Virus record (IMG/VR): IMGVR_UViG_3300048080_000084
Span: 1 to 39,606 of that record
Direction: 5' to 3' (one strand)
Length of the DNA stretch: 39,606 nucleotides
Source: a virus
Taxonomy: Duplodnaviria; Caudoviricetes
Shown: positions 1 to 8,656 of the stretch, piece after piece
Position numbering within the stretch: position 1 is the first letter of the stretch
How the letters are laid out: each line of letters starts with the position of its first letter
Program-made: the position numbers and the translations under genes
The notes under the pieces: model-generated
Database searches by the model: none
The model's input: only the letters and a program-made list of their open reading frames with translations
Told to the model about the DNA's origin: nothing

Positions 1-55
1 GTGGCCGCGGTCGTGGTCGCGGTCGTGGTCGCGGTCGCGGTCGCGGTCGCGGTAG
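1..55 (+). repeat. TCG-(T/C)GG hexamer tandem repeat; 3' part of the Ser-X peptide ORF (stop TAG 53-55)
   Basis: Reads g TGG CCG CGG TCG TGG TCG CGG ... TCG CGG TAG = WPRSWSRSWSRSRSRSR*. Confidence 0.85.
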
Positions 56-75
56 CATAAAAAATCGGAGAACTT

Positions 76-435
76 TTGGGTAGAAACACGATTCGTAGCC
101 ACTTTGTCTCCCTGGACGTTATCGCAGGGATTAAGCGGCTATACCCAGAAAAGCTGAACACGTTCTACGAGCTTGAAATTGATGGCAATCAGTTGGACAT
201 CCTTGACTACTATTCCCTGATGCGGCACGAGGCCCGAGATGAAGAGTCCGTGCGCCTTATTGAGGGCGCCTATCACGAGGGGCTACGTCGCACTGGCGTG
301 ACGCATGAGGCGATGAGCTCAATGCCCGGGCTTGTTGAGGTGCTTGACCAAGTCATTAGTCGTTTAACTGATTATAAAGATCAAACCAATTTACTCGATT
401 GGTGCAAGTTGCACCGCAAGAGGTTGGATGCTTAA
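76..435 (+). CDS. Hypothetical protein
   Basis: 119-aa ORF with a TTG start; GGAG at 67-70. Confidence 0.65.
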   Translation: MGRNTIRSHFVSLDVIAGIKRLYPEKLNTFYELEIDGNQLDILDYYSLMRHEARDEESVRLIEGAYHEGLRRTGVTHEAMSSMPGLVEVLDQVISRLTDYKDQTNLLDWCKLHRKRLDA

Positions 436-513
436 GTTGCTTGGCCTACTACTCTTTGCATGGTTATCTGGTAAAGGATTAAAGAAGATCTTTAATAGGG
501 ATTTAGGGGACTG

Positions 514-756
514 ATGACTTCTAGAGATATGACCTTAATCATCGCAGCTATAGGCTGTTTCTTTATTGGCATTGGCCTTGTAGCTATGTGGAATGCCAAG
601 AAGACAGACCATAAGATTCAAGCTACCCGCTTCGGGATTGTTGACTGCTCACCAATAAACGACCTAAGTGTCTGCCTTGTGAAGGATCAACAAACAAAGA
701 AGCTATATCTTATCTGTGGTGGTTGCACTTTAACTGAATACAAGGAGAAGAAATGA
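514..756 (+). CDS. Small membrane-anchored protein
   Basis: Hydrophobic N-terminal helix LIIAAIGCFFIGIGLVAMW; ATGA overlap with the amidase gene. Confidence 0.7.
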   Translation: MTSRDMTLIIAAIGCFFIGIGLVAMWNAKKTDHKIQATRFGIVDCSPINDLSVCLVKDQQTKKLYLICGGCTLTEYKEKK

Positions 757-1292
757 AGATAGCAAACATCATCATCCACTGCAGTGAGTCAGCCTTTGGT
801 TGTGCTAACCTTATTCGTAAGTGGCACACTGAAAAGGGGTGGAAGGATATAGGGTATCATTACGTGATCCTCAATGGGTGTGCGCAAGCCTCAGCTAATC
901 AAGGCACGAGCTCCCCGTACATCCGTGCGTTGGACGGCTCCATCGAGGTGGGGCGTTACCTTGATGCTGATGGCTTCATCACCGACAATGAGGTAGGCAG
1001 CCACGCATTGGGCTATAACGATAAGTCAGTGGGCATCTGTCTCATTGGCCAACGAATGGGCGTGCACACGCTATATCCAGAGGCGGAAGGGTTTACGGGT
1101 AGGCAGGTACACTCGCTGTTATATCTAACAGAGGAGCTCTGTCGTCGCTATCATTTGCCAAGTGACGCTGTGCTTGGTCATTGTGAAACAGCCTCCGGCA
1201 AGGCACAAGGAAAGACCTGTCCGAATTTCAACATGCCATGGTTTCGTGAGTCAATGCTACGGCCTGCCTTAACTGAGGAGACTAGTGTGTAA
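753..1292 (+). CDS. N-acetylmuramoyl-L-alanine amidase (T7-lysozyme/Amidase_2-like endolysin)
   Basis: Motifs IIIHCS, WH..KGWKDIGYHYVI, GSHALGYNDKSVGICLIG, GHC, KTCPNF. Confidence 0.92.
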   Translation: MKIANIIIHCSESAFGCANLIRKWHTEKGWKDIGYHYVILNGCAQASANQGTSSPYIRALDGSIEVGRYLDADGFITDNEVGSHALGYNDKSVGICLIGQRMGVHTLYPEAEGFTGRQVHSLLYLTEELCRRYHLPSDAVLGHCETASGKAQGKTCPNFNMPWFRESMLRPALTEETSV

Positions 1293-1309
1293 TGGGTTGC
1301 AAGTTATAT

Positions 1310-1347
1310 CTTGCTTAATAATTCGACATCACCTGAGAGTATATTAT
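1310..1347 (+). promoter_or_regulatory. Conserved phage promoter/operator motif, copy 1 (CTTRC-N7-TTCGACAT-N9-GTATATTAT)
   Basis: Intergenic, upstream of the modification/replication operon; same boxes and spacing at 33650-33687 (-) and 38398-38435. Confidence 0.75.
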
Positions 1348-1385
1348 ACCCATAGTCTTTGCAGTACATTCAGAAAGGAGAATTT

Positions 1386-2237
1386 GTGGCCAATGAACGT
1401 GGCAAACATCTCGATAAGACGCACCTCTCGATTGACCAAGCTGAAGCACGGGGATTCATTCACCGTGACTACATCGCACATTGCCTCAGATGGTCACACG
1501 TTGCTAAGCACCTACAGCAGCAGCATCGGTACAAGACCGCGTACGTACTCGACATCGGCTGTGGTAAGGAGGTTCCCCTTGCCAAGCTCATGTATTCCAG
1601 CCGCCTTATCCCGGAGACAGGCAAGTACGTAGGGATTGATGCCAACTATCTGACAGTGCCTGACATGTTCAAGACGGGTAAGTTCCCGATTGAGCTGTGG
1701 TCCCAGAAGACATTCCCCTGGTTAGAGCTCGAGGAGAAGTACTCCTTTGAGGTGGTCACGTGCTTCGAGGTGTGTGAGCATGTAGAACCGATGATGGCTC
1801 TTCAGATACTGCAGGGGATTCAGCGCATCCTTGATGACTCAGGCGCAGCATTCATCTCAACGCCTTGCTATGACGCACAAACAGGGGCGGCGGCGAATCA
1901 TGTGAATGAGATGAGCCATGCAGCCTTTGGCTCCATGATAGAGCGCTCAGGCCTCTTCATCGAGAACGTGTGGGGCACATTTGCCAGCATCAAGGACTAC
2001 AAGGATCAGTTGCAGGCTCTGGGCATGGACAAGATCTTTGACAGGCTCCGTGACTACTACGACTCGAATTACCTAGCCACGGTCTTTGCACCACTATTCC
2101 CGCACCTTGCACGTAACTGCCTATGGCAGGTGACCAAGCACGGTGGCGGCCCGGACAAGTATGAGCCCCTGTCAACCTATCATGAGGCAAGCAACTCATC
2201 ATCCGAACTTTGGACAGATTTTGTGAGGGCACTGTGA
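1386..2237 (+). CDS. Class I SAM-dependent methyltransferase (small-molecule type)
   Basis: SAM motif VLDIGCG, YVGID, and FEVVTCFEVCEHV ... ISTP. Start moved to GTG 1386, which follows AAGGAG. Confidence 0.85.
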   Translation: MANERGKHLDKTHLSIDQAEARGFIHRDYIAHCLRWSHVAKHLQQQHRYKTAYVLDIGCGKEVPLAKLMYSSRLIPETGKYVGIDANYLTVPDMFKTGKFPIELWSQKTFPWLELEEKYSFEVVTCFEVCEHVEPMMALQILQGIQRILDDSGAAFISTPCYDAQTGAAANHVNEMSHAAFGSMIERSGLFIENVWGTFASIKDYKDQLQALGMDKIFDRLRDYYDSNYLATVFAPLFPHLARNCLWQVTKHGGGPDKYEPLSTYHEASNSSSELWTDFVRAL

Positions 2238-2650
2238 CCATCTTTGATGTTGGTGACTTCCAACAGAAGTTTGAGATCCCCAGGCTTAGAAAGCCTGGGT
2301 TCTTGAGTCATGATGAGATGAAGTTCAGAATAAACTTCCTAAAAGAGGAGCTCAATGAATTCATCCAGGCCTACGGCAAGGCAGATCTGGAGGAGGCGCT
2401 TGACGCCCTCATTGACCTTGAGTACGTGCTCCTTGGCACTGCCATCTTGATGGGCTTCGCTGGACCTCCACCACTGGGGGCGAAGACAAAGCGAGGTACC
2501 ATCTGGAACGCCGCGTGGGAGCGTGTGCACAAGGCCAACATGAAGAAGGTAAAGGTCACAAAGATAGAGGACTCGAAGCGAGAATCATTGCTCGACATCA
2601 TCAAGCCTGAGGGTTGGAAACCACCTCAATTTAAGGATTTACTACAGTGA
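2234..2650 (+). CDS. MazG-like (PRA-PH type) all-alpha NTP pyrophosphohydrolase
   Basis: FRINFLKEELNEF...DALIDLEYV...VHKANMKK...IIKPEGWKPP; GTGA overlap with the upstream gene. Confidence 0.85.
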   Translation: MTIFDVGDFQQKFEIPRLRKPGFLSHDEMKFRINFLKEELNEFIQAYGKADLEEALDALIDLEYVLLGTAILMGFAGPPPLGAKTKRGTIWNAAWERVHKANMKKVKVTKIEDSKRESLLDIIKPEGWKPPQFKDLLQ

Positions 2651-2850
2651 TTGATTCAGTTACAAAGAAACAAATAGATGATATGTCGTACAAATCTATG
2701 CTTGAATTATGGAGACGTTCACCATTAGGACACTATATGTTTCAAGGAGAAATCGGAGAATATTACAGTAAAGTAATGAACAGAAAACGCAATGAAGTTG
2801 GAGCAGAGGCGCATACATTAGCATCAAAAGAAATAGGTTTTGATGCTTAA
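2647..2850 (+). CDS. Small hypothetical protein
   Basis: 67-aa ORF overlapping both neighbours; more AT-rich than its flanks. Confidence 0.7.
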   Translation: MIDSVTKKQIDDMSYKSMLELWRRSPLGHYMFQGEIGEYYSKVMNRKRNEVGAEAHTLASKEIGFDA

Positions 2851-3907
2851 AGGTCTTATCATCCTCGATGGCCCAGATGGGACGGGCAAAACCACCCTGG
2901 CACGTAAACTGTGCGAGTTTTACAATGCCCACTACCTGCACCTTACCCGTCGCTGGGTGAACAACATGTTTGAGTATAATACCGCGGCAGTTCATCATGC
3001 CATCCAATTAGCTGAGAAGCAATTAGTGGTTATCGACCGCCTCTGGATGTCTGAGCTGGTGTACTCCCGTGCCTTTCATGGCGGTACTAGGTTCCCGCAC
3101 ATGGGCCGACTGATACATCGCGTGGTCCAAAAGCATGGTGGCATCTACGTCATTTGCCTGGATGACGACATTAGTGAGTATAGGGAACGGTTCAAGTACC
3201 TCAAGAGCACACGGCAGGAGATGTATACCGACGGTGACATGGTCCATGTGCATTTCAATGACATGTATCATGGCATAGAAAGCTGTGGCATCGATGAGAT
3301 TGACAGGGAGTATGAGCCGGGCAAGGACTATCTCTCTGACATCGTAATGAATGGCGGCCTCAAGTCATGGCCTTGTGTTGAGAGGTACCGCATCACTGAG
3401 GAAGGCAAGACTGTCGTTAACTTCTGTGAGCGGCTAGTGCACCGCGTGCTGAAGCGCAGGGATGAGCAGTACCCGTACGCGCTGGGCACTACACAACACA
3501 ACTTCCTTGGCCATGTCGCTGATGCCAAGTACCTATTGATAGGTGACCGCTTGTCAACGGACAAGTATCGGGCCATTAGGTGGCCATTCCACTACTATAA
3601 GAACTGCTCCCTATTCTTGGCAGAGGCCATGTCTCATTTGCAACTGAATGAGGGTGACTTCTGCTGGACAAACATCAATGAGTCACTGGGTGATGAGATC
3701 ACGGTTAACATGTGCTATGAGATGTTTAAGCTTAAGCCTATCGTGATGGGGCAAGAGGCTGCAAAACACTACACGGAGATAGCGTGGCACCTACCTCGTC
3801 ACTACTACATAAACCACCCGCAGTGGTACAGGCGATTTGAACATAATAGCAGAAGACTTGAGGCTGACCTAAGGAGGGCAATTGCAATCTCCGCTGACCG
3901 CGAATAG
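2843..3907 (+). CDS. P-loop dNMP (thymidylate-kinase-like) kinase fused to a C-terminal uracil-DNA-glycosylase-like domain
   Basis: N-terminal IILDGPDGTGKTT and VVIDRLWMSELVY; C-terminal G...AKYLLIGD...PF...CSLFL...WTN...IVMGQEA...HPQW pattern. Confidence 0.75.
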   Translation: MLKGLIILDGPDGTGKTTLARKLCEFYNAHYLHLTRRWVNNMFEYNTAAVHHAIQLAEKQLVVIDRLWMSELVYSRAFHGGTRFPHMGRLIHRVVQKHGGIYVICLDDDISEYRERFKYLKSTRQEMYTDGDMVHVHFNDMYHGIESCGIDEIDREYEPGKDYLSDIVMNGGLKSWPCVERYRITEEGKTVVNFCERLVHRVLKRRDEQYPYALGTTQHNFLGHVADAKYLLIGDRLSTDKYRAIRWPFHYYKNCSLFLAEAMSHLQLNEGDFCWTNINESLGDEITVNMCYEMFKLKPIVMGQEAAKHYTEIAWHLPRHYYINHPQWYRRFEHNSRRLEADLRRAIAISADRE

Positions 3908-4703
3908 TGCTTGGGTGCGCTTGCTCCGTAAGATAGTTACGGAAGGTAGGCCATCATCTCCTCGCATGCAGCCAACCCTTGAGCTACTGGGCTTTAAGAG
4001 TGAAGTTGACATGCACTGGCCGATAGTCACCCTGGCCAAGCGCAAGCTGGGTTATAAGTTCATGTGCGCCGAGGCGTGGTGGATTCTCTCAGGTCAGAAT
4101 AGGGTGGCTGAGATAGCTAGGTTCTCAAAGGAGATAGCTAACTTCTCAGATGACGGCCTCTTCTTCTTTGGTGCCTATGGTCCGAGAATCGTGGATCAAC
4201 TACCTCACGTGATTCGCTGTCTGTCAACTGACAATAGCTCACGGCAGGCGGTTATCAACATCTGGCGAGAGAGCCCACCAATCTCGAAGGATATTCCCTG
4301 TACACTGAGCGTGCAGTTCATCATCAGGGATGGGCAGCTGGATTGCTTCGTGAACATGCGAAGCTCTGATGCGTGGCTCGGGGTGCCATATGACTGGTTC
4401 AACTTCTCTATGCTCAGTGGTGCCGTTTGTTTGCTACTTAAAAGTGTGATGAGCTATAACCTACGACTAGGCACCTTGCACTTCTATGCGGCAAGTCAGC
4501 ACTTATATGAGAAGAACTTTGAGATTGCACAGGACATTGTGCGAGATGAGGGAATGTCTCACCTGTGTGTATACGAAGCTTTCAATCCGTACAACTTTAT
4601 GAACTTTGAGCGGTTGCTTGAGCATCTTAGCATGCTGGCGCATGGGACAGGGGATGGGGCTTACCTAACAACTGAACTGAGGGACTACTATGCGCCCAAG
4701 TAA
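3882..4703 (+). CDS. Thymidylate-synthase-superfamily enzyme, probably dCMP-specific (hydroxy)methyltransferase
   Basis: AEAWWILSG, AYGPR, SRQAV, DIPCT, VNMRSSD, GVPYD (Asp at the Asn177-equivalent site), HLY; TTG start after AAGGAGG. Confidence 0.85.
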   Translation: MQSPLTANSAWVRLLRKIVTEGRPSSPRMQPTLELLGFKSEVDMHWPIVTLAKRKLGYKFMCAEAWWILSGQNRVAEIARFSKEIANFSDDGLFFFGAYGPRIVDQLPHVIRCLSTDNSSRQAVINIWRESPPISKDIPCTLSVQFIIRDGQLDCFVNMRSSDAWLGVPYDWFNFSMLSGAVCLLLKSVMSYNLRLGTLHFYAASQHLYEKNFEIAQDIVRDEGMSHLCVYEAFNPYNFMNFERLLEHLSMLAHGTGDGAYLTTELRDYYAPK

Positions 4704-5127
4704 GGACACGATGCTTCTTAGCATGGCGGGATTGTTAGGGCAGCTAGGCACGTGCTTTCGCCGTAAGGTAGGTTGTATCCTTGTCAACAAGCATTGGCAC
4801 ATCATTGGTTCAGGCTACAATGGGGTAGCTAAGGGTGAGCCGCACTGCAGTGAGAGCCCTTGTCCAGGGGCACAGTGTGAGAGTGGACAAGGCCTAGAAC
4901 TTTGTGAGGCCATTCATGCTGAGCAGAATGCGCTACTTCAATGTCGCGACGTGCAAGAGATAGCTATTTGCTATGTAACTACCTCGCCCTGCGTACATTG
5001 CGTAAAGCTTCTGATGAACACTGGTTGTCATACGATCTATTTTCTAAATGAGTATGCGGATGTTAAGCAAGCCAAGCAACTCTGGTGTAATGGCTGGAGA
5101 GACTGGATTCAGCATGGCGGACAATAA
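4690..5127 (+). CDS. dCMP deaminase family protein
   Basis: TCFRRKVGC, GYNG, HAEQNA, SPCVHC zinc motifs. Confidence 0.92.
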   Translation: MRPSKDTMLLSMAGLLGQLGTCFRRKVGCILVNKHWHIIGSGYNGVAKGEPHCSESPCPGAQCESGQGLELCEAIHAEQNALLQCRDVQEIAICYVTTSPCVHCVKLLMNTGCHTIYFLNEYADVKQAKQLWCNGWRDWIQHGGQ

Positions 5128-6985
5128 GTACATCCCAGCCTCTGTCAATGACCTGCCCTCACTTAAGGGCGAGCCGCTCATTGCCATTGACTGTGAAACG
5201 AGAGACCCTAACCTTATGACGTTAGGTCCAGGAGGTGCCCGTGGAGATGGCTATGTCGTCGGAGTCTCCTTTGCTACGGCTAATCATGAGTATTATCTGC
5301 CTACACATCATGAAGGGGGAGGCAACCTGGAAATGGATAGCGTCGTCCGATGGCTTAGGGACAACCTTGCAGGTCCTGAACCTAAGGTTGGAGCTAATGT
5401 TATCTATGACCTTGAGTGGCTCAGAGCTACTGGTATTCAAGTCGGAGGCAGATGCTATGATGTCCAAGTTGCTGAGCCCCTCCTCGACGAAAACAAGCTC
5501 TCCTACAGACTCGAAGTCCTTGCCCGACAATACTGTGGGATAGGCAAGGATGAGAGCAAACTGACTGAGATGTGTATGTCCAAGCTAGGTATCAAAGAAA
5601 GGGAGGTGAAGGCAAACCTATGGAGATTGCACGCTGAGGATGTTGCACAGTACGGAGCCATGGATGCTCGTCTGACCTATGACATCTTCATGCAGCAAGA
5701 ACCAAGGATAGATAAGGAAGGTCTTCGTGAAGTATTTGAGATGGAAACAGAACTAACACAAGTCCTGCTGGCCATGAGATTTCAAGGTGTTAGGGTGAAC
5801 CTTGACAAGGCTGACAGGGTACGAAAGGAGATGTATGCGGCACAAGAAAAGGCGCAGGAACAACTTGATCAAATTGCATCCGGCAATCGTGTTGATGTTT
5901 GGTCGGGCGAAAGCATCGAAGCTACGTGCAAAGCTCTTGGCATTACTTATGGAAGAACTGAGAAAGGCAACCCTTCTTTTGAAGGAGAATGGTTAGAGAA
6001 CCACGAGCATCTGGCAATGCAACTAATCTCCCGCATTCGGAAATTAGACCGAAGCGGGGGAATCTTTATTGAGAAAAAAATCTTGGAGGTACAGCATGGC
6101 GGACGAATTTTCCCGACTTTTAGACAGGTGCGAAGCGATGACGGGGGCACACGCACAGGCCGATTTGCTTCCGCTAATCCTAACATGCAGCAAATACCCG
6201 CCAGAGACCCTATTGTGTCGGGACTCATTAGAGGTATATTCGTCCCTGATCCAGGGCGAAGTTGGGGCGTGTTTGACTATAATCAACAGGAGCCCAGGGT
6301 CACCGTACACTATGCGGCTTTATGTGATTATCGAGGAGCATCAGAAGCCGTCGATAGGTATGTTCGAGAGCCTGAAACTGATTATCATGGGATGGTGGCA
6401 GAGATGGCAGGCATCTCGCGAAAGGACGCAAAGACCCTTAACCTTGGCCTCGCGTACGGAATGGGAAAAGCGAAGATGGCTGTACAACTTGGGATGACCA
6501 TGCGCGAGTGCATGGAGATCTATGACAAGTATCATAGCAGCGTGCCATATATGAAACAGCTTGGTGACCACTGCATGCGGTTGGCGCAGGAGCGTGGGTA
6601 TATCAAGACGTTGTTAGGACGTAAACGCCGATTCAACCTCTATGGCCCAGTCAAGTGGTCCGCTGGCATGCAGCCATTACCTAAGGAGGATGCGCTTCGT
6701 GAGTTCGGTCCACCAGTGGTGCCTTATTTCTGTCACAAGGCAATGAACTCCCTGATCCAGGGTAGTTCAGCTGACATGATCAAGAAGGCAATGCTTGACC
6801 TCTTCAAGGAGGGGATTGTGCCTCACATAACTATTCACGATGAGCTTGACATCTCGGTTGACGGCCCTGAGCAAGCGAAGAAGGTCAGTGAGATAATGAG
6901 CAACTGTGTACAACTCAAGGTGCCACTTAAAGTGGATTGTGAACTCGGCCCATCATGGGGTGAGGTAGTGGAGGTAAAGCTGTGA
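5114..6985 (+). CDS. polA: DNA polymerase family A with 3'-5' exonuclease
   Basis: Exonuclease motifs AIDCET, NVIYDL, YGAMDA; TRTGRFASANPNMQQIP; DYNQQEPR; KTLNLGLAYGMG; IQGSSAD; HDEL. Probable start ATG 5114. Confidence 0.95.
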   Translation: MADNKYIPASVNDLPSLKGEPLIAIDCETRDPNLMTLGPGGARGDGYVVGVSFATANHEYYLPTHHEGGGNLEMDSVVRWLRDNLAGPEPKVGANVIYDLEWLRATGIQVGGRCYDVQVAEPLLDENKLSYRLEVLARQYCGIGKDESKLTEMCMSKLGIKEREVKANLWRLHAEDVAQYGAMDARLTYDIFMQQEPRIDKEGLREVFEMETELTQVLLAMRFQGVRVNLDKADRVRKEMYAAQEKAQEQLDQIASGNRVDVWSGESIEATCKALGITYGRTEKGNPSFEGEWLENHEHLAMQLISRIRKLDRSGGIFIEKKILEVQHGGRIFPTFRQVRSDDGGTRTGRFASANPNMQQIPARDPIVSGLIRGIFVPDPGRSWGVFDYNQQEPRVTVHYAALCDYRGASEAVDRYVREPETDYHGMVAEMAGISRKDAKTLNLGLAYGMGKAKMAVQLGMTMRECMEIYDKYHSSVPYMKQLGDHCMRLAQERGYIKTLLGRKRRFNLYGPVKWSAGMQPLPKEDALREFGPPVVPYFCHKAMNSLIQGSSADMIKKAMLDLFKEGIVPHITIHDELDISVDGPEQAKKVSEIMSNCVQLKVPLKVDCELGPSWGEVVEVKL

Positions 6986-7173
6986 GTTACAAACCACTAG
7001 GCATGGAAGACATGATGCCTTTCGGCAAGCACAAGGGAACCAAGGTCCGAGTGCTCCTGTACTCAGACATAGCCTACATTAAGTGGGCCATTGAGAATGG
7101 GGCACTTGAACTTGACAATGTAGCCTTCAAAAAGTATGAGGAACTTCTTATGAACGCTGATGGTGATCTATGA
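6982..7173 (+). CDS. Small MPFGKHKG-motif protein (DUF3820 / exonuclease X C-terminal-like)
   Basis: MPFGKHKG...YIKW motif. Confidence 0.7.
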   Translation: MSYKPLGMEDMMPFGKHKGTKVRVLLYSDIAYIKWAIENGALELDNVAFKKYEELLMNADGDL

Positions 7174-7580
7174 AACCTGAACAAGCCCTACGCCTCCTGA
7201 TAAAAGACCATCTCCCTGGTAAGCACTGGCGCATTGAGAACGCCGTGGGTACAGGGATGCCAGACATTTATGGAGTGTGCAGGATTTGTGATGCCACCGA
7301 GGATCAAGCCGTATTTACTGGCACGGCCTATTGGCTTGAACTCAAGGTTTCGGAAAGACATGGTTACCTGGAGATAGATAGGCTCGTGACTCCGCTACAG
7401 CGCAAGTGGCACTGGGATGCTGCTCAATTTGGGCAGCGCGTCTTTGTACTTATTCGTTGCGACAACTGGCTTGAACTTGTGAGATGCACAGGAAAGGACA
7501 CATATGCCCTTGTTCTTAGGATTGAAAAGGCTGGTTCGTGGGATTGGCCGCTCTTCACCGCAAAGCTCACACATGGCTAA
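7170..7580 (+). CDS. PD-(D/E)XK nuclease, VRR-NUC/Holliday-junction-resolvase-like
   Basis: RIEN...GMPD...WLELK...PLQRKWH. Confidence 0.75.
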   Translation: MKPEQALRLLIKDHLPGKHWRIENAVGTGMPDIYGVCRICDATEDQAVFTGTAYWLELKVSERHGYLEIDRLVTPLQRKWHWDAAQFGQRVFVLIRCDNWLELVRCTGKDTYALVLRIEKAGSWDWPLFTAKLTHG

Positions 7581-7875
7581 GGTCTACGTAGTGCAGGAGG
7601 TACAGGGGAAGAACATCCTGCCAGCGAAGCAGTATGGCAGCTTTGTGTTCATCCTGCCATATGGGCAGGTGCCTATGGAGACAGAGGCTACGGTGGCCTT
7701 GATGAAGGCGGCGATGGTTGACTTCAGCACCGAGGACTATATCCTCGCCATTGGGGATCCTGTAGCTATTGGCATGGCCTGTTCAATAGCCTCATTCAGA
7801 ACAAAAGGAAACTTTCAGATTCTCAAGTGGGACCGGCAAGAGCACGAGTACCACCCCTGGAGGATAAGGCTGTGA
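7573..7875 (+). CDS. Phage hypothetical protein (alpha/beta)
   Basis: MAKVYVVQE...DYILAIGDP...LKWDRQ; start at ATG 7573 overlapping the previous stop. Confidence 0.7.
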   Translation: MAKVYVVQEVQGKNILPAKQYGSFVFILPYGQVPMETEATVALMKAAMVDFSTEDYILAIGDPVAIGMACSIASFRTKGNFQILKWDRQEHEYHPWRIRL

Positions 7876-8108
7876 GGGAAAAGCGTGTAGTTACAATGGC
7901 CTACTGGGCTATTGCCAAGGAGATAGTGGCCAAGAATCCCGCCATTAAGAACGGCATGATCCCTGACCTTATACACAAGGTGATCAAAAAATATAAGGAG
8001 GAAAGAAACATTGAAATTATTTTGACAGATAAACCTGGTAAGATAATCCGTCACCCCAACGGTAAGTCCTACATGATAGGAAACCGAGGAGATTTCAAAC
8101 AAATATGA
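7872..8108 (+). CDS. Small basic hypothetical protein
   Basis: Fills the gap with 4-nt overlaps (GTGA, ATGA) at both ends. Confidence 0.6.
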   Translation: MREKRVVTMAYWAIAKEIVAKNPAIKNGMIPDLIHKVIKKYKEERNIEIILTDKPGKIIRHPNGKSYMIGNRGDFKQI

Positions 8109-8647
8109 TTGACTTCAGCCAAGACACACAGGCACCCACTGATGATAAACTCGTAAAGGTGGCATCTCTGGCAACTGAGATGACGAACCTTGAAGAGGTG
8201 ATAGAGAAGCGAGAGGCAGACCTTGAGAGCCTCAAGGAGTCATACAAGAAGATTCAGGAATACTCCCTACCAGAGGCCATGGCTGAGGTAGGCATCGCTG
8301 AATTCAAACTCAACAATGGGGCCAAGGTCAGCGTGAAGAACTTCTATGCAGGGAAGATTGATGACGAGAACCGCGGTCCGTGCTTCGGGTGGCTCCGCAG
8401 CAATGGCCATGACTCGCTCATCAAACATGAGATGAACGTATCACTAGGGAAAGGAGATGACGAGGTAGCGAAACAAATCGCGGAATTCTTGAAAGAGCTT
8501 GGAATGACCTACACGGACAAGGAGAGCGTGCACTATCAAACCCTGTCAGCGTTCATACGTGAGCAGGTGGAGGCAGGCACAACCTTCCCCATGGAGTTGT
8601 TCAAGGCATATGTCGGTCGTAAAGCAAAAGTCACTCAACCAAAATAG
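8105..8647 (+). CDS. Replication-module protein of unknown function (coiled-coil N-terminus)
   Basis: LPEAMAEVG...WLRSNGHDSLIK...VHYQTLSAFIREQ; lies directly before the SSB-like gene. Confidence 0.75.
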   Translation: MIDFSQDTQAPTDDKLVKVASLATEMTNLEEVIEKREADLESLKESYKKIQEYSLPEAMAEVGIAEFKLNNGAKVSVKNFYAGKIDDENRGPCFGWLRSNGHDSLIKHEMNVSLGKGDDEVAKQIAEFLKELGMTYTDKESVHYQTLSAFIREQVEAGTTFPMELFKAYVGRKAKVTQPK

Positions 8648-8656
8648 GAGAAACAC

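Noticed and set aside
1-55. Diversity-generating retroelement behind the single-position NGG variation
   Set aside because: No reverse transcriptase and no template/variable repeat pair is visible in the genome.
1386-2237. Ordinary DNA adenine or cytosine methyltransferase
   Set aside because: No DPPY/NPPY/SPPY motif and no C5-MTase PC/ENV arrangement; the motifs fit small-molecule class I methyltransferases.
3882-4703. Labelling the gene as canonical thyA
   Set aside because: It has PCT instead of PCH and Asp instead of the dUMP-selecting Asn, so the symbol is withheld.
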